DNA of 64,000 nucleotides, taken from Microbacterium sp. (GTDB lineage: Bacteria > Actinomycetota > Actinomycetes > Actinomycetales > Microbacteriaceae). The notes under the pieces are model-generated. The model had not been told where the DNA came from. It saw only the letters and a list, made by a program, of their open reading frames with translations, and ran no database searches. The translations under genes were made by a program, and so were the position numbers. Positions within the stretch are counted from its first letter, which is position 1; each line of letters begins with the position of its first letter. This document shows positions 40,882 through 49,377 of this stretch, piece by piece. Where the stretch lies: positions 2,808 to 66,807 of the forward strand of contig NZ_JBQCIP010000061.1 of NCBI RefSeq assembly GCF_051953575.1, given 5' to 3'.

Positions 40882-42450
40882 TCATCCGCTGAGACAATCG
40901 CGGAGGGAGTCGGCGTTGAACCGCATCATGTCGACGTAGCTCGGCACCCGGTCGTCCAGCGCATCGCCATAGATCAGGCACACCTGGACGTGCTGCTCGG
41001 CGGCGAGCTCGGTGAGCACGTTCGCGCGGGCGATGTGGTTCGGTTCGAGGAACACCGCCGGGATGCGCAGCGTCCGCAGCGTCTCCGACAGCTTCCGGCG
41101 ATCCGCCAGCGATGGCTCCGCCGCTGGGTTCGGGGTCACGAATCCGGCGATCTGCATGTCGTAGGCGTGGGCGAGGTAGCCGAAGGCGTCGTGCGTCGTG
41201 ATGAGGTAGCGGTTCGCCTCGGGGATCGTCGCGATCTGCTCGCGCACGTAGTCGTCCACGTCCTCCAGCTCGGCGAGGTAGGCGGCGGCGTTCGCCGTGT
41301 AGTCGCGGGCACCTTCGGGGTCGGCGCTGATCAGGGTGTCGCGGATGAGCAGCACGTAGGCCATGCCGTTGCGGACGTCCTGCCACAGGTGCGGGTCGAT
41401 CTCGCCGTGGACGTGCTTGCCGAGCACGGCCTGCGGCAGCTGGTAGACCTGCGTGCCCGCGCGGCCGAGGAAGGAGAACTGCGACCCGGCTGGGATCTCC
41501 GACAGCGCCTTGGACGGCACGTCGATCACGACCTCCTCCGGGGCGTAGGAGACCTGCGTGTGCTCCCCGCCGCCCTCCGGGTCGTACCGGACCTCCAGCG
41601 CCCCGTCCTCGAGGTTGGCCGTCAGGTCCGCGTGCCCCTGGTTCAGCACCACCGCGTCCGGCATCCCCGCGTCGGCGGGGTTGACGCCGACTGCGAAGGT
41701 GAACGTCGCCTGCCCGAGCTCTTGCGGGCGCGAGGTGTCGTCGACCTGCACGCGGGCGTCGAGCGTGACGGTGTAGATGCCGGGCTCGGTGAATGTCCAC
41801 GACAGGTGCGTGTGCGCGTCGGCCGGCAGGGACATGGTGTCGTCCTTGTAGCCGTTGCTCGCGTCGAACCCGTTGGACGAGTCGAAGTACACGTCCGTGT
41901 CGCCGAACGTGCCCGTCAGGTACGCGAACACGTCGCCCGGCCCGGTGACCTCGGTGGCCGACAGCAGCACCTCGGAGGTGCGGGTCGCGCCGTAGCGGGC
42001 GGCGCCGTCGCCGTGCGCACGCAGACCGAGCCACACCGTGTCGAGGTTGACGTTCTCCACCAGCGGGATGATCTCCGCGGCGTACTTCACCGCTTCCTCT
42101 GCGAGGGAGACGTTCACCGCGCCGGCCTGCAGGTTGGAGTCGAGAGTCTTGATGACGTTGTGCTCCTCCAGCAGCGCATAGTTGGAGAAAGCGACGTCCG
42201 CGTACACGACGTTGCGGGCATCCCGCAGCGTCGGCTCGTAGATGTGCGGGTCCGCGCCGTCCGGCACGATTGAGGCGACGTCCACCCGGTCGCCGCCGAC
42301 GTTCTGCACGAGATCGCGCAGCAGCCCTGTCGTCGTGATGACCTGCAGCCGGTCGGTCTCGGCCGACAGCAGCGGCTTGCTCGCGCATCCGGTCAGCGTC
42401 AGCACCGTCGCGGCGAGCGCGGCCGTGGCGGCGAACATGCGGCGGCTCAT
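40882..42450 (-). CDS. anchored-repeat-type cluster-9 metal ABC substrate-binding lipoprotein with about 210-aa repeat-module insertion
   Basis: Lipobox LTLTGC. TroA/ZnuA ligand motifs DPHIYEP (aa 67-73) and DPHLWQD (aa 352-358) are separated by about 285 aa rather than about 70. TTHDAFGYL is present. The insertion carries HTHLSWTFTEPGIYTV. Confidence 0.9.
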   Translation of the reverse strand: MSRRMFAATAALAATVLTLTGCASKPLLSAETDRLQVITTTGLLRDLVQNVGGDRVDVASIVPDGADPHIYEPTLRDARNVVYADVAFSNYALLEEHNVIKTLDSNLQAGAVNVSLAEEAVKYAAEIIPLVENVNLDTVWLGLRAHGDGAARYGATRTSEVLLSATEVTGPGDVFAYLTGTFGDTDVYFDSSNGFDASNGYKDDTMSLPADAHTHLSWTFTEPGIYTVTLDARVQVDDTSRPQELGQATFTFAVGVNPADAGMPDAVVLNQGHADLTANLEDGALEVRYDPEGGGEHTQVSYAPEEVVIDVPSKALSEIPAGSQFSFLGRAGTQVYQLPQAVLGKHVHGEIDPHLWQDVRNGMAYVLLIRDTLISADPEGARDYTANAAAYLAELEDVDDYVREQIATIPEANRYLITTHDAFGYLAHAYDMQIAGFVTPNPAAEPSLADRRKLSETLRTLRIPAVFLEPNHIARANVLTELAAEQHVQVCLIYGDALDDRVPSYVDMMRFNADSLRDCLSG

Positions 42451-42937
42451 GCGACGGCCTCCGCCTGCCGGACGATGCCGATCCGTTCGTCTGGGTCGAC
42501 CAAGTGCAGGCCGGCGTCACGCAGCCCCGGCTCCAGCAGGGTCGCCAGGCGCGCGAACGTCTCCTGCCGCCCGGTTGCGGTGAGGTGGCCGAGCCTGTTC
42601 GCACAGACGAACCCGGCGACCGGCCCGGTCAGCTCGTCGAGGATGTCCGGGGCGGCGCCGGCGAGCACGCTCACCTGGTCGATCAGTTCGGGGTCGTCGG
42701 CGACACGGGCCAGCAGCACTGCCCGCATCGTCAGCGACGGCTCGATCGCGACCACCTGGGCGCCGTGGACCGAGCGAGCAGCCGTGTGCCGATCCCGGTG
42801 CCGGCGCCGACGTCGAGGACGGTCGCGTTCGGGTCGAGGTCGGCGAAGGCCGATGCCAGGGCGGGCCGCAGCCCACCCCAGACATCGGTCATGAACAGGT
42901 CATGGAACTCGCCCATGCCCTCGTATGCGTCGATCAC
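42447..42937 (-). pseudogene. class I SAM-dependent methyltransferase split by a 1-nt frameshift
   Basis: ORFs 42731..42970 (…VLDVGAGTGIGTRLLA) and 42447..42755 (VVAIEPSLTMRAVLL…) are the two halves of one MTase. The frames join as LLAR/VHGAQVVAIEPS if one G is added near 42770. GTGA overlap with the giant gene's stop and ATGA overlap with the SBP start. Confidence 0.7.
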
Positions 42938-45900
42938 GCCGGAAGGCCGCCCCTCCGTCGCCGCCACCACAGCACCCCCGTACCCGCAGCGCCCCCGATC
43001 AGGAGCGCGCCGAGGATCGACAGCAGCAGCGGGACCGGGTTGCCGGTCGCGAGCGCGGTGAACGGGTCAGTGATCCCGCCGCCGGGAACCGGGGTGCCCT
43101 GGCCGGGCAGCAGGTCACGGGCCGCAGCCGCCGCAGCCGCCGCGGCCTGATCGGCGGACAGCCTCGTTCCGTCATCGTCGGTCAGCACCGCGTTGGAAAT
43201 GGTGCCGCAGCCCGATCCCGAGCCCGCCGCCGACGCCGGGTCCACATTCCCGACCACGATCGTCAGGGTCTCCGTGTCGGAGGAGACCTGCCCGTTCGCG
43301 AGGGTCGCGGTCTGCGTCGTGCTGATCCGGTAGACGCCCTCGGCGGAGAACGCCCAGTTCGCGTGGGCGTGAACGCCGAGCGGGATGCTGTAGCTGCCGC
43401 CGTTGTTGAACACCATCGACTGCACGCCGCCGAACGAGCCGGACAGGTAGACGCGCAGCGCGCCGGGGCCGTCGATCGAGTTGATCGTCCAGGTGACAGG
43501 CCCGCGGGTGTTGGCGGCGTTCAGTGCCTCGGTCGACCAGCCCAGCCAGATCAGGTCCGGGTTCTGCGTCTGCGGCACCTGCCACACGCTCGACCCGGCC
43601 GCCCCCACCTGCCCATAGCCGGACGGGAGGGTGACACGGCTGGACGGCTTGAGCCACAAGATCGTACCGCCCGGCTCCCGGTAGACCTTCGCGCCGGACG
43701 TGTCGTCACCGATCAGCGATTCAAGCTTGCCGCCCACGATGCGGGAGCCGTAGTCGATGTGACCGGACGACAAAATCGTCGCCCCTGCGACGCACTGTGT
43801 CGCAGACACCTGGACCGCTCCCGGGGCGTCGCCGCCCGGGACAGATCCCGGAGGCGATGGTGTGGTAGGCGCGCGGACGATGGACAGGGAGTCCCAGCCG
43901 AGGAGGTCTCCCCCGGCGGTCTTCACCACCAGTCGATGACCACCCGTCGTCGCACCCGCCGGCAAGCGGACCTGGACCGCGCCCGACTGGCCGACCTGCG
44001 CCCAACCGAGCCAGTGCGGGGTGGAGTGCAACCACACCGACACCCAGGAGCCAGCACGATCCCGGTCGAGCTGTGCAGTCAGCAGCTGACCCGGGATGAA
44101 TCCGTTCTCCCCGCCCAGAACGCTCACCGTGCCTGCGGTCGCGTCCGTGAGCTCCTCATCCGGGACGGGGGTGCGGTCGTCATCGGCAGGGTGCCCCGGG
44201 GCGGCGGTGAAGCAGGCGGCGGGGTCGACCTTGCGCACGTCGACGGCGCCGACCGCAACGGCAAGAGTGAAGCTATCGCTCACTGGTTTGCCGGAGCTGA
44301 GGGTCGTTGCGCGCTCGAAGGCGAGACAATAGACGCCTTCGGCGCTGAACGCCCAAGTCCCATGGGCGTGGGTGTGCTTGGGAATTGCGGATGTGTCGGC
44401 GGCGGTGATGCCGTCCCGGGTGTTGAACATCACGCTGGGTTCGCCGAACACCCCTGTCTGGAACAGGGCGAATTCGCCCGGCCCGCTGCTGTCGACGAGC
44501 GACCAGCGGAATGCGTCTCGCGTGGCGTCATCCGCGATCGCCTCCGTGGACCAGCCCGGCCAAAGCAGCGCGTCGTCCTGGGTTTCGGGGAGGATCCACG
44601 TGGCAGAACCGGCGGCCCCGAGGAACGCATACTCGGGGAGATCGGGAACGCTCGTCCGCGCGGCCGGCTTCGCCTGCAGCACGGTCTTCGCCGGGTCGCG
44701 CCAGACAGGCTCGCTACTTTCGGTGGTGTCCTTGATGCGCGTGCCGAAAACGTCGCCGTTCAGAACGGATGCGACGTCGACGTGACCGAGGCCGAGGATC
44801 GTCGCCCCGGAAGCGGTCTTCGTACCGTTCGGCACATCCCATTCCACGGGCTCCGGCTCCCCAGGGCCTTCCCCTCCGGGATCCGTGCCCTCCCCTCCTT
44901 CCGCGCAAGGAGTGACGGTGGCGGGATCCTCGACCCCGACCGCGTAGGTGATCGTCTTCGTGGCTGCGGAGACCGTGCCATCGGCGAGTGTCGCGGACCA
45001 GGTCAACGGAACACAGTAGATCCCGGGCAGGGAGAACGACGGCTGATTGGCGAAGATGAACTGCGGCCACAGCGTGACACTGCGCGACTCGCCGGCGCGG
45101 GTGCCGAACGATCGGTTCTTGTAGTAGTCGAAGCTGACTGTTCCCGGCCCGTCGACCTCCCCCACACGGATGGTTGCGTCTCCCCGGATGTCGCCCCGCG
45201 GGAGATACTCACCGGAGTGAGTGAACTCCACGCCCTGCCAGGAGGGGATGCGCCAGCCGTCGCCCTGGTCGATGAAGCCGCCTATCACGACGGACTCCGG
45301 GTCGTGCCAGCTCGTCGCCCACGGGTGGGTAACGACTTTGGTCGCGACATCGAGCCCGTCCGGGCTCAACACCGGAGCGAACTGGACGCGGTCGCCCGCG
45401 GAGGGCACCAGTCCCTCGTCGCTGAGACCATCGAGATCGATAGGGGCGAGCTCGGAAACAGGACCATCAGGATGGGTCCGTGCGCAGGGCTGCACGGTGT
45501 GCAGGTCGACCGAGTCGCCGATCGCGATCGTGAGCTGGTCACGCACGACCTCGTCCGTCCCGGTCGCGGCGTCGCGGGCGCGGACCTCGAAGTTCAGGCA
45601 ATACACGCCCTCCTTCGTGAACGCCCATTCCAGATGCTGGTGACTCGTCGGACCGATGAACGATGCCGGCAGCGCGGTCGAACTCACATTCCTGTCGGGC
45701 ATGGCGAAGGTGCCCCCTTCGGGACCGGTGTAGCCGAGAAGAGTCCAGGTCGGCTTCCCCTCGGTCAACGCCTGTGGGAGGCTTTCATGCGTCAGACCCG
45801 GCCAGAGCGTCGAGGTCATGAACGCGTTGCTCGCAGAGAACCCGTAGTACGGCGTACCGAGAGGCCCTATCGCGCTGTAGTCTGCTCCGCTCCCAGTGGC

Positions 45901-48162
45901 CGTGTCCGGGACAGTGAAGTCGATGTTCGGTCCGCGGCCGACCCACACCGCATCTGCCACAGTGGGGAATGCACCGGTGTCGTGGACGTCGCCGGTGTGC
46001 AGCTCCAGCTCCCCGTCGACGAGCATGGGTCCGATGTCGAGGTGTCCTTGGTGGAACCAGGTGACGGTCGGATCCAGGTCATCGTAGATGTCCTCATCAC
46101 CGGGATCGGTCGGCCCGTCGCCGCCATGGGACTGGGCGCAGGGCTGGACAGTCGTGGCATCGATGCCGATGGCGAAGGTGAGCGTCGAGTAACCGATCGC
46201 AGGAGCCTCCGCCCCCACGAAGGTGCCTCGAGACTCCACGGTCAGGCAGTAGCGTCCGGGTGCGGTGAACGCCAGCCCCACGATGTTGAATGGGTCAGCG
46301 AACGGGTAGTAGCCGTCTTCGACCCCAGTGGCCCATACTGACCCAGCGCTTCCCTCCTCGCGCGAGTCCCATTGCGCCACGACGCTCGAATCGGTGATCC
46401 AATCGTTGTTCCCCGATGCATAGCTTGCGACGTAGCCTCCTGCCGGGGTCTCGGTGGCCACCAATCGCAGCGAGTACGCGCCGTCCACCAGCTCTTCGGC
46501 GGGGGTGGTGTCGGCCTGCGGCAGCAGAGTCAGGGGAATCCCTGGGTCGGAGAAGGGAGCGTAGGCGGGGCTGCCGGCTGTGCGCCACAGCCGTGTGCCG
46601 GGTGCGGCGATCTGCCCCCAGAGCTTCTGGTTCGTGGCGTCCGTGCCCTCCGCTGGCCAGGCGGCATCCTGTCGCGGCAGCGAGAACACCGTCCTCTGGG
46701 GCGTGAGGGTGGTGGTGCGACCGCCGACCACCCGGTTCAGATCCATCCGCAGGGTGCCGTCATCGGCCGGTACGGGCGAGAGGTGCACGTCGCCGGCTCC
46801 GATCACCGTGACCCCCTGCTCGACGGTCGGGGTGGGCGACGGGTCGTACGACCCGGTCGCAGTGGGCTGGGCGCAGGGGGTCACAGTGGCCGGATCCACA
46901 CCCACCGCGAACGTGAGCGTCGCGCGGTTGTTCGCGATGAGACCCGTTTCCAGGTCGAGCATTTCGCTGTCCAGCGTGAGGCAATAGATTCCGGCAGCGG
47001 TGAACGCGAACCCAGATGCCTCGCTCTCGACCGGGCCCTCGGCGTCCGGCGTCAACGACTGCCGGGGCGACACCGCCCCGATGGCGCCAGAATGCCACCG
47101 ACCAGCCGGATATCCATCATCACCGCGGAAGGTGGTGAACGCACCGCCCTCCGGCGACACCGCCTCGGCGACGCTCATCATCAGCTCGAAGCCGTTTTCC
47201 GCAGACACCCCGTGCGCGTCAGTGCGCAGCAGCAGGTCGTTGCCTGCCGAGGAGTCCGCGGCTGCCTCAGTGCGCCACACATCGCTGTGAGACGGGACCA
47301 GCAGATTCCAGTTCTTCCAGCCCTGCTCCGCGGGCTCGAACCCGGTGCCGGGCCAGGACTCGACGTTCGGCAGCGAGAACACCGTCTCGCCGGGATCGAG
47401 GACCGTGCCGCTCTCATCGATCAGTCGCAGACGCAGATTGCCGTCCTCCCAGCGGTTCGAGATGTCGACAGTGCCCTCGCTCAGCACGTGAACGGGCGGC
47501 ACACCCGCCGGCGCCGCGGCCAGAGCCTGGTCAGGGTGCTCGGTAGCCGGCTCGGAGACGGCTTCCCGATCGTCGGAATCCCGCCCCAGGTCGGGAGAGT
47601 CCTCTGCAGATTCTTCTGCCGTGGTCACGTGGAACCGGTAGGTCGTGTCCGCCGCCGTGGAGGTGGCCTCGGGCTGATCTGGCAGGGCGTAGCGCGTCTC
47701 GGCACCGACCACGAGCTCGTAGTCGCCGGGTACGGTGAAGGCCCAGTCGAGCATCGCCCCCTCCGCGTCGACGTCGAGCGTCTGGGCCTGTCCCTCTGCC
47801 GTCCCCCAGACGCGCGCTCCGCCCGCAGGTGTGGCGTGAACCGCACCGCCCTGCGGGGTCATGACCGAACGCAGCTCGAGTCGCACCCCGCTCAGCGATG
47901 CCCCGGTGGGCAGCCCGGCGGCATCCACCACGACACGCGTGCTGGCTGTGCCTTCGGTCACCGCGAACACAGACTCCACCGAGCCCCGACCATCGGCCGT
48001 GGCGGCCACCAGGGCAGTGCCTTCCGCCGCAACGGCGACGCCCGGCAGCACGGCGCCGTCGAGCAGGATCGGGGTGTCAGCGACAGCGGGCTGTGCCATC
48101 CCCCCGACGAGGGCGACGACCGCGACCAGCGCGAGGAGCAGCTTCAAGGGAGTCTTCTTCAT
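42934..48162 (-). CDS. 1742-aa cell-surface protein with about 7 tandem anchored-repeat modules and a C-terminal sorting-signal-like tail
   Basis: Signal peptide MKKTPLKLLLALVAVVALVGGMAQPAVA. Repeated GHxD...PQTQ..WLGWST...HxHxxWAFxxxGxYC...TxxxAxG units. The C-terminus is TALATGNPVPLLLSILGALLIGGAAGTGVLWWRRRRGG. Confidence 0.9.
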   Translation of the reverse strand: MKKTPLKLLLALVAVVALVGGMAQPAVADTPILLDGAVLPGVAVAAEGTALVAATADGRGSVESVFAVTEGTASTRVVVDAAGLPTGASLSGVRLELRSVMTPQGGAVHATPAGGARVWGTAEGQAQTLDVDAEGAMLDWAFTVPGDYELVVGAETRYALPDQPEATSTAADTTYRFHVTTAEESAEDSPDLGRDSDDREAVSEPATEHPDQALAAAPAGVPPVHVLSEGTVDISNRWEDGNLRLRLIDESGTVLDPGETVFSLPNVESWPGTGFEPAEQGWKNWNLLVPSHSDVWRTEAAADSSAGNDLLLRTDAHGVSAENGFELMMSVAEAVSPEGGAFTTFRGDDGYPAGRWHSGAIGAVSPRQSLTPDAEGPVESEASGFAFTAAGIYCLTLDSEMLDLETGLIANNRATLTFAVGVDPATVTPCAQPTATGSYDPSPTPTVEQGVTVIGAGDVHLSPVPADDGTLRMDLNRVVGGRTTTLTPQRTVFSLPRQDAAWPAEGTDATNQKLWGQIAAPGTRLWRTAGSPAYAPFSDPGIPLTLLPQADTTPAEELVDGAYSLRLVATETPAGGYVASYASGNNDWITDSSVVAQWDSREEGSAGSVWATGVEDGYYPFADPFNIVGLAFTAPGRYCLTVESRGTFVGAEAPAIGYSTLTFAIGIDATTVQPCAQSHGGDGPTDPGDEDIYDDLDPTVTWFHQGHLDIGPMLVDGELELHTGDVHDTGAFPTVADAVWVGRGPNIDFTVPDTATGSGADYSAIGPLGTPYYGFSASNAFMTSTLWPGLTHESLPQALTEGKPTWTLLGYTGPEGGTFAMPDRNVSSTALPASFIGPTSHQHLEWAFTKEGVYCLNFEVRARDAATGTDEVVRDQLTIAIGDSVDLHTVQPCARTHPDGPVSELAPIDLDGLSDEGLVPSAGDRVQFAPVLSPDGLDVATKVVTHPWATSWHDPESVVIGGFIDQGDGWRIPSWQGVEFTHSGEYLPRGDIRGDATIRVGEVDGPGTVSFDYYKNRSFGTRAGESRSVTLWPQFIFANQPSFSLPGIYCVPLTWSATLADGTVSAATKTITYAVGVEDPATVTPCAEGGEGTDPGGEGPGEPEPVEWDVPNGTKTASGATILGLGHVDVASVLNGDVFGTRIKDTTESSEPVWRDPAKTVLQAKPAARTSVPDLPEYAFLGAAGSATWILPETQDDALLWPGWSTEAIADDATRDAFRWSLVDSSGPGEFALFQTGVFGEPSVMFNTRDGITAADTSAIPKHTHAHGTWAFSAEGVYCLAFERATTLSSGKPVSDSFTLAVAVGAVDVRKVDPAACFTAAPGHPADDDRTPVPDEELTDATAGTVSVLGGENGFIPGQLLTAQLDRDRAGSWVSVWLHSTPHWLGWAQVGQSGAVQVRLPAGATTGGHRLVVKTAGGDLLGWDSLSIVRAPTTPSPPGSVPGGDAPGAVQVSATQCVAGATILSSGHIDYGSRIVGGKLESLIGDDTSGAKVYREPGGTILWLKPSSRVTLPSGYGQVGAAGSSVWQVPQTQNPDLIWLGWSTEALNAANTRGPVTWTINSIDGPGALRVYLSGSFGGVQSMVFNNGGSYSIPLGVHAHANWAFSAEGVYRISTTQTATLANGQVSSDTETLTIVVGNVDPASAAGSGSGCGTISNAVLTDDDGTRLSADQAAAAAAAAARDLLPGQGTPVPGGGITDPFTALATGNPVPLLLSILGALLIGGAAGTGVLWWRRRRGGLPA

Positions 48163-48199
48163 CGGGAGGCTTTCAGCAGACAGTGCGGGACAGGAAGCG

Positions 48200-48243
48200 G
48201 GAGCTGCACGCAGCTCCTGGCTCCGCCAGATGGACGGAGCCAG
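48200..48243 (-). terminator. two adjacent hairpins between the small secreted-protein gene and the giant gene (partial terminator or attenuator candidate)
   Basis: ggagctgc-ac-gcagctcc (8 bp) and ctggctccg-N9-cggagccag (9 bp), both perfect. Confidence 0.45.
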
Positions 48244-48268
48244 GAGCGCGTGGTCAGAGGGCAGCCGA

Positions 48269-48904
48269 TTAGAACGTGAAGAGGATGTTGTTCGTCTTGC
48301 CGCCGGGGCCCAGACCCGAGCCCGTCACCTTGACGCCGATCTGCGCCTGCGACGCCGAGGTCGTGAACGTCCACGTGAAGTGCTCGTGGAAGTCCGCCGT
48401 GGCGCCCGCCGGGAGCACGAACGACTCGGTGTTGTCGCCGACGGAAGTGTCGAAGTAGACCGTCGAGGGGTTGGTCGGATCGGTGATCTTCACGTTGGTC
48501 CCCGCGGGAACTCTCGTGAGCTGGACCGTGTAGGTGCGGTTCACGGTGGGGGAAGCGAAGGCATCGTCGATGCGGATGCCGCCACCACCGACCGGGGTGA
48601 TCGAGGTGGCGTCGTCACCGTCGACGACCTTGCCCGAGCCGACGGCGAACCAGCCCGCCGGGGCGTCGACGTCTTTGTAGCTGCCCGCGCCCGAGTGATC
48701 GAAGTTGACGACTTCGAGCGGGGTGTTACTGACGGCGATGAGGTCCCATTCACCGGTCTGCGCCCCGGTGACGACGGTCGCGGCGTTCGCGGCGACCGGC
48801 GCACCGATGCTGAGGGCGACCGCCGCGATTCCAGCGACGACCGATCCGAGAAGGGTCTTGTTCCTGCGGACTGCGCTCTGGCGGTCATGGGTGATGGTGG
48901 ACAT
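48269..48904 (-). CDS. small secreted protein with a single degenerate half-module (FHEHFTWTF)
   Basis: ORF trimmed to MSTITHDRQ..., preceded by AAGGAGA. Signal peptide ends ...APVAANA. The C-terminal LPAGATADFHEHFTWTFTTSASQAQIGVKV resembles the HxHxxWxF core of the repeat family. Confidence 0.8.
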   Translation of the reverse strand: MSTITHDRQSAVRRNKTLLGSVVAGIAAVALSIGAPVAANAATVVTGAQTGEWDLIAVSNTPLEVVNFDHSGAGSYKDVDAPAGWFAVGSGKVVDGDDATSITPVGGGGIRIDDAFASPTVNRTYTVQLTRVPAGTNVKITDPTNPSTVYFDTSVGDNTESFVLPAGATADFHEHFTWTFTTSASQAQIGVKVTGSGLGPGGKTNNILFTF

Positions 48905-49225
48905 GTTCGTTCTCCTTGAGTTGATTGCGTGGATGGATGGCTCGCACGCTCCAGCAGGCGCAGACACGGTCTACGCAAGGGGGGCTCAGACTGCCCTGCT
49001 ACCGGAGCGCGCCCAGCATTCGGTCCGAGTAGATGAACTGCGTCCGCACAAATCCGACGTGCTGGCATCGGACCGGAACCCATATCGCACGTCCGACGCG
49101 TCTCGGCTGGAGGTTCCAGGCCGCGCGCAACAGGACGTCAGGGCCGCAGCCGCAGCGAGGTGCTTCGCCGCGGGCAAGGTGACCCCGGCCATGCATGCGC
49201 CGTGCGTGCATCCTCAGACCTGCGA

Positions 49226-49258
49226 CGCTGTCGCGATTCGAATCGCGAGGCGACAGCG
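49226..49258. promoter_or_regulatory. long hairpin containing a perfect 18-bp palindrome TCGCGATTCGAATCGCGA
   Basis: The palindrome spans 49231-49248. The outer arms cgctg / cgacagcg extend the stem with a 2-nt bulge. Confidence 0.5.
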
Positions 49259-49360
49259 TGGTGACGCGAGCGAGGATTCGTCGGCGACTCCTGACCCGGC
49301 CCATCGCCTACCCCGTTTCTGCCCGCAACCCACGCACGACGTGAACATCGCTATCCATAA

Positions 49361-49377
49361 ATGAGAATGGTTATCAT
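49361..49377. promoter_or_regulatory. Fur-family (Zur-like) box candidate
   Basis: ATGAGAATGGTTATCAT has 6 of 8 palindromic pairs. The inner 15-mer matches TGAAAATGATTTTCA at 12 of 15 positions. It sits in a local AT-rich island (ccataaatgagaatggttatcattacc). Confidence 0.5.

Noticed and set aside
42955-43080. Whether the C-terminus of the giant protein is a canonical LPXTG/LAXTG sortase signal.
   Set aside because: Only the architecture fits (motif-like ALATG, hydrophobic helix, RRRR tail). The pentapeptide itself is non-canonical, so I report it as sorting-signal-like, not as a confirmed sortase substrate.
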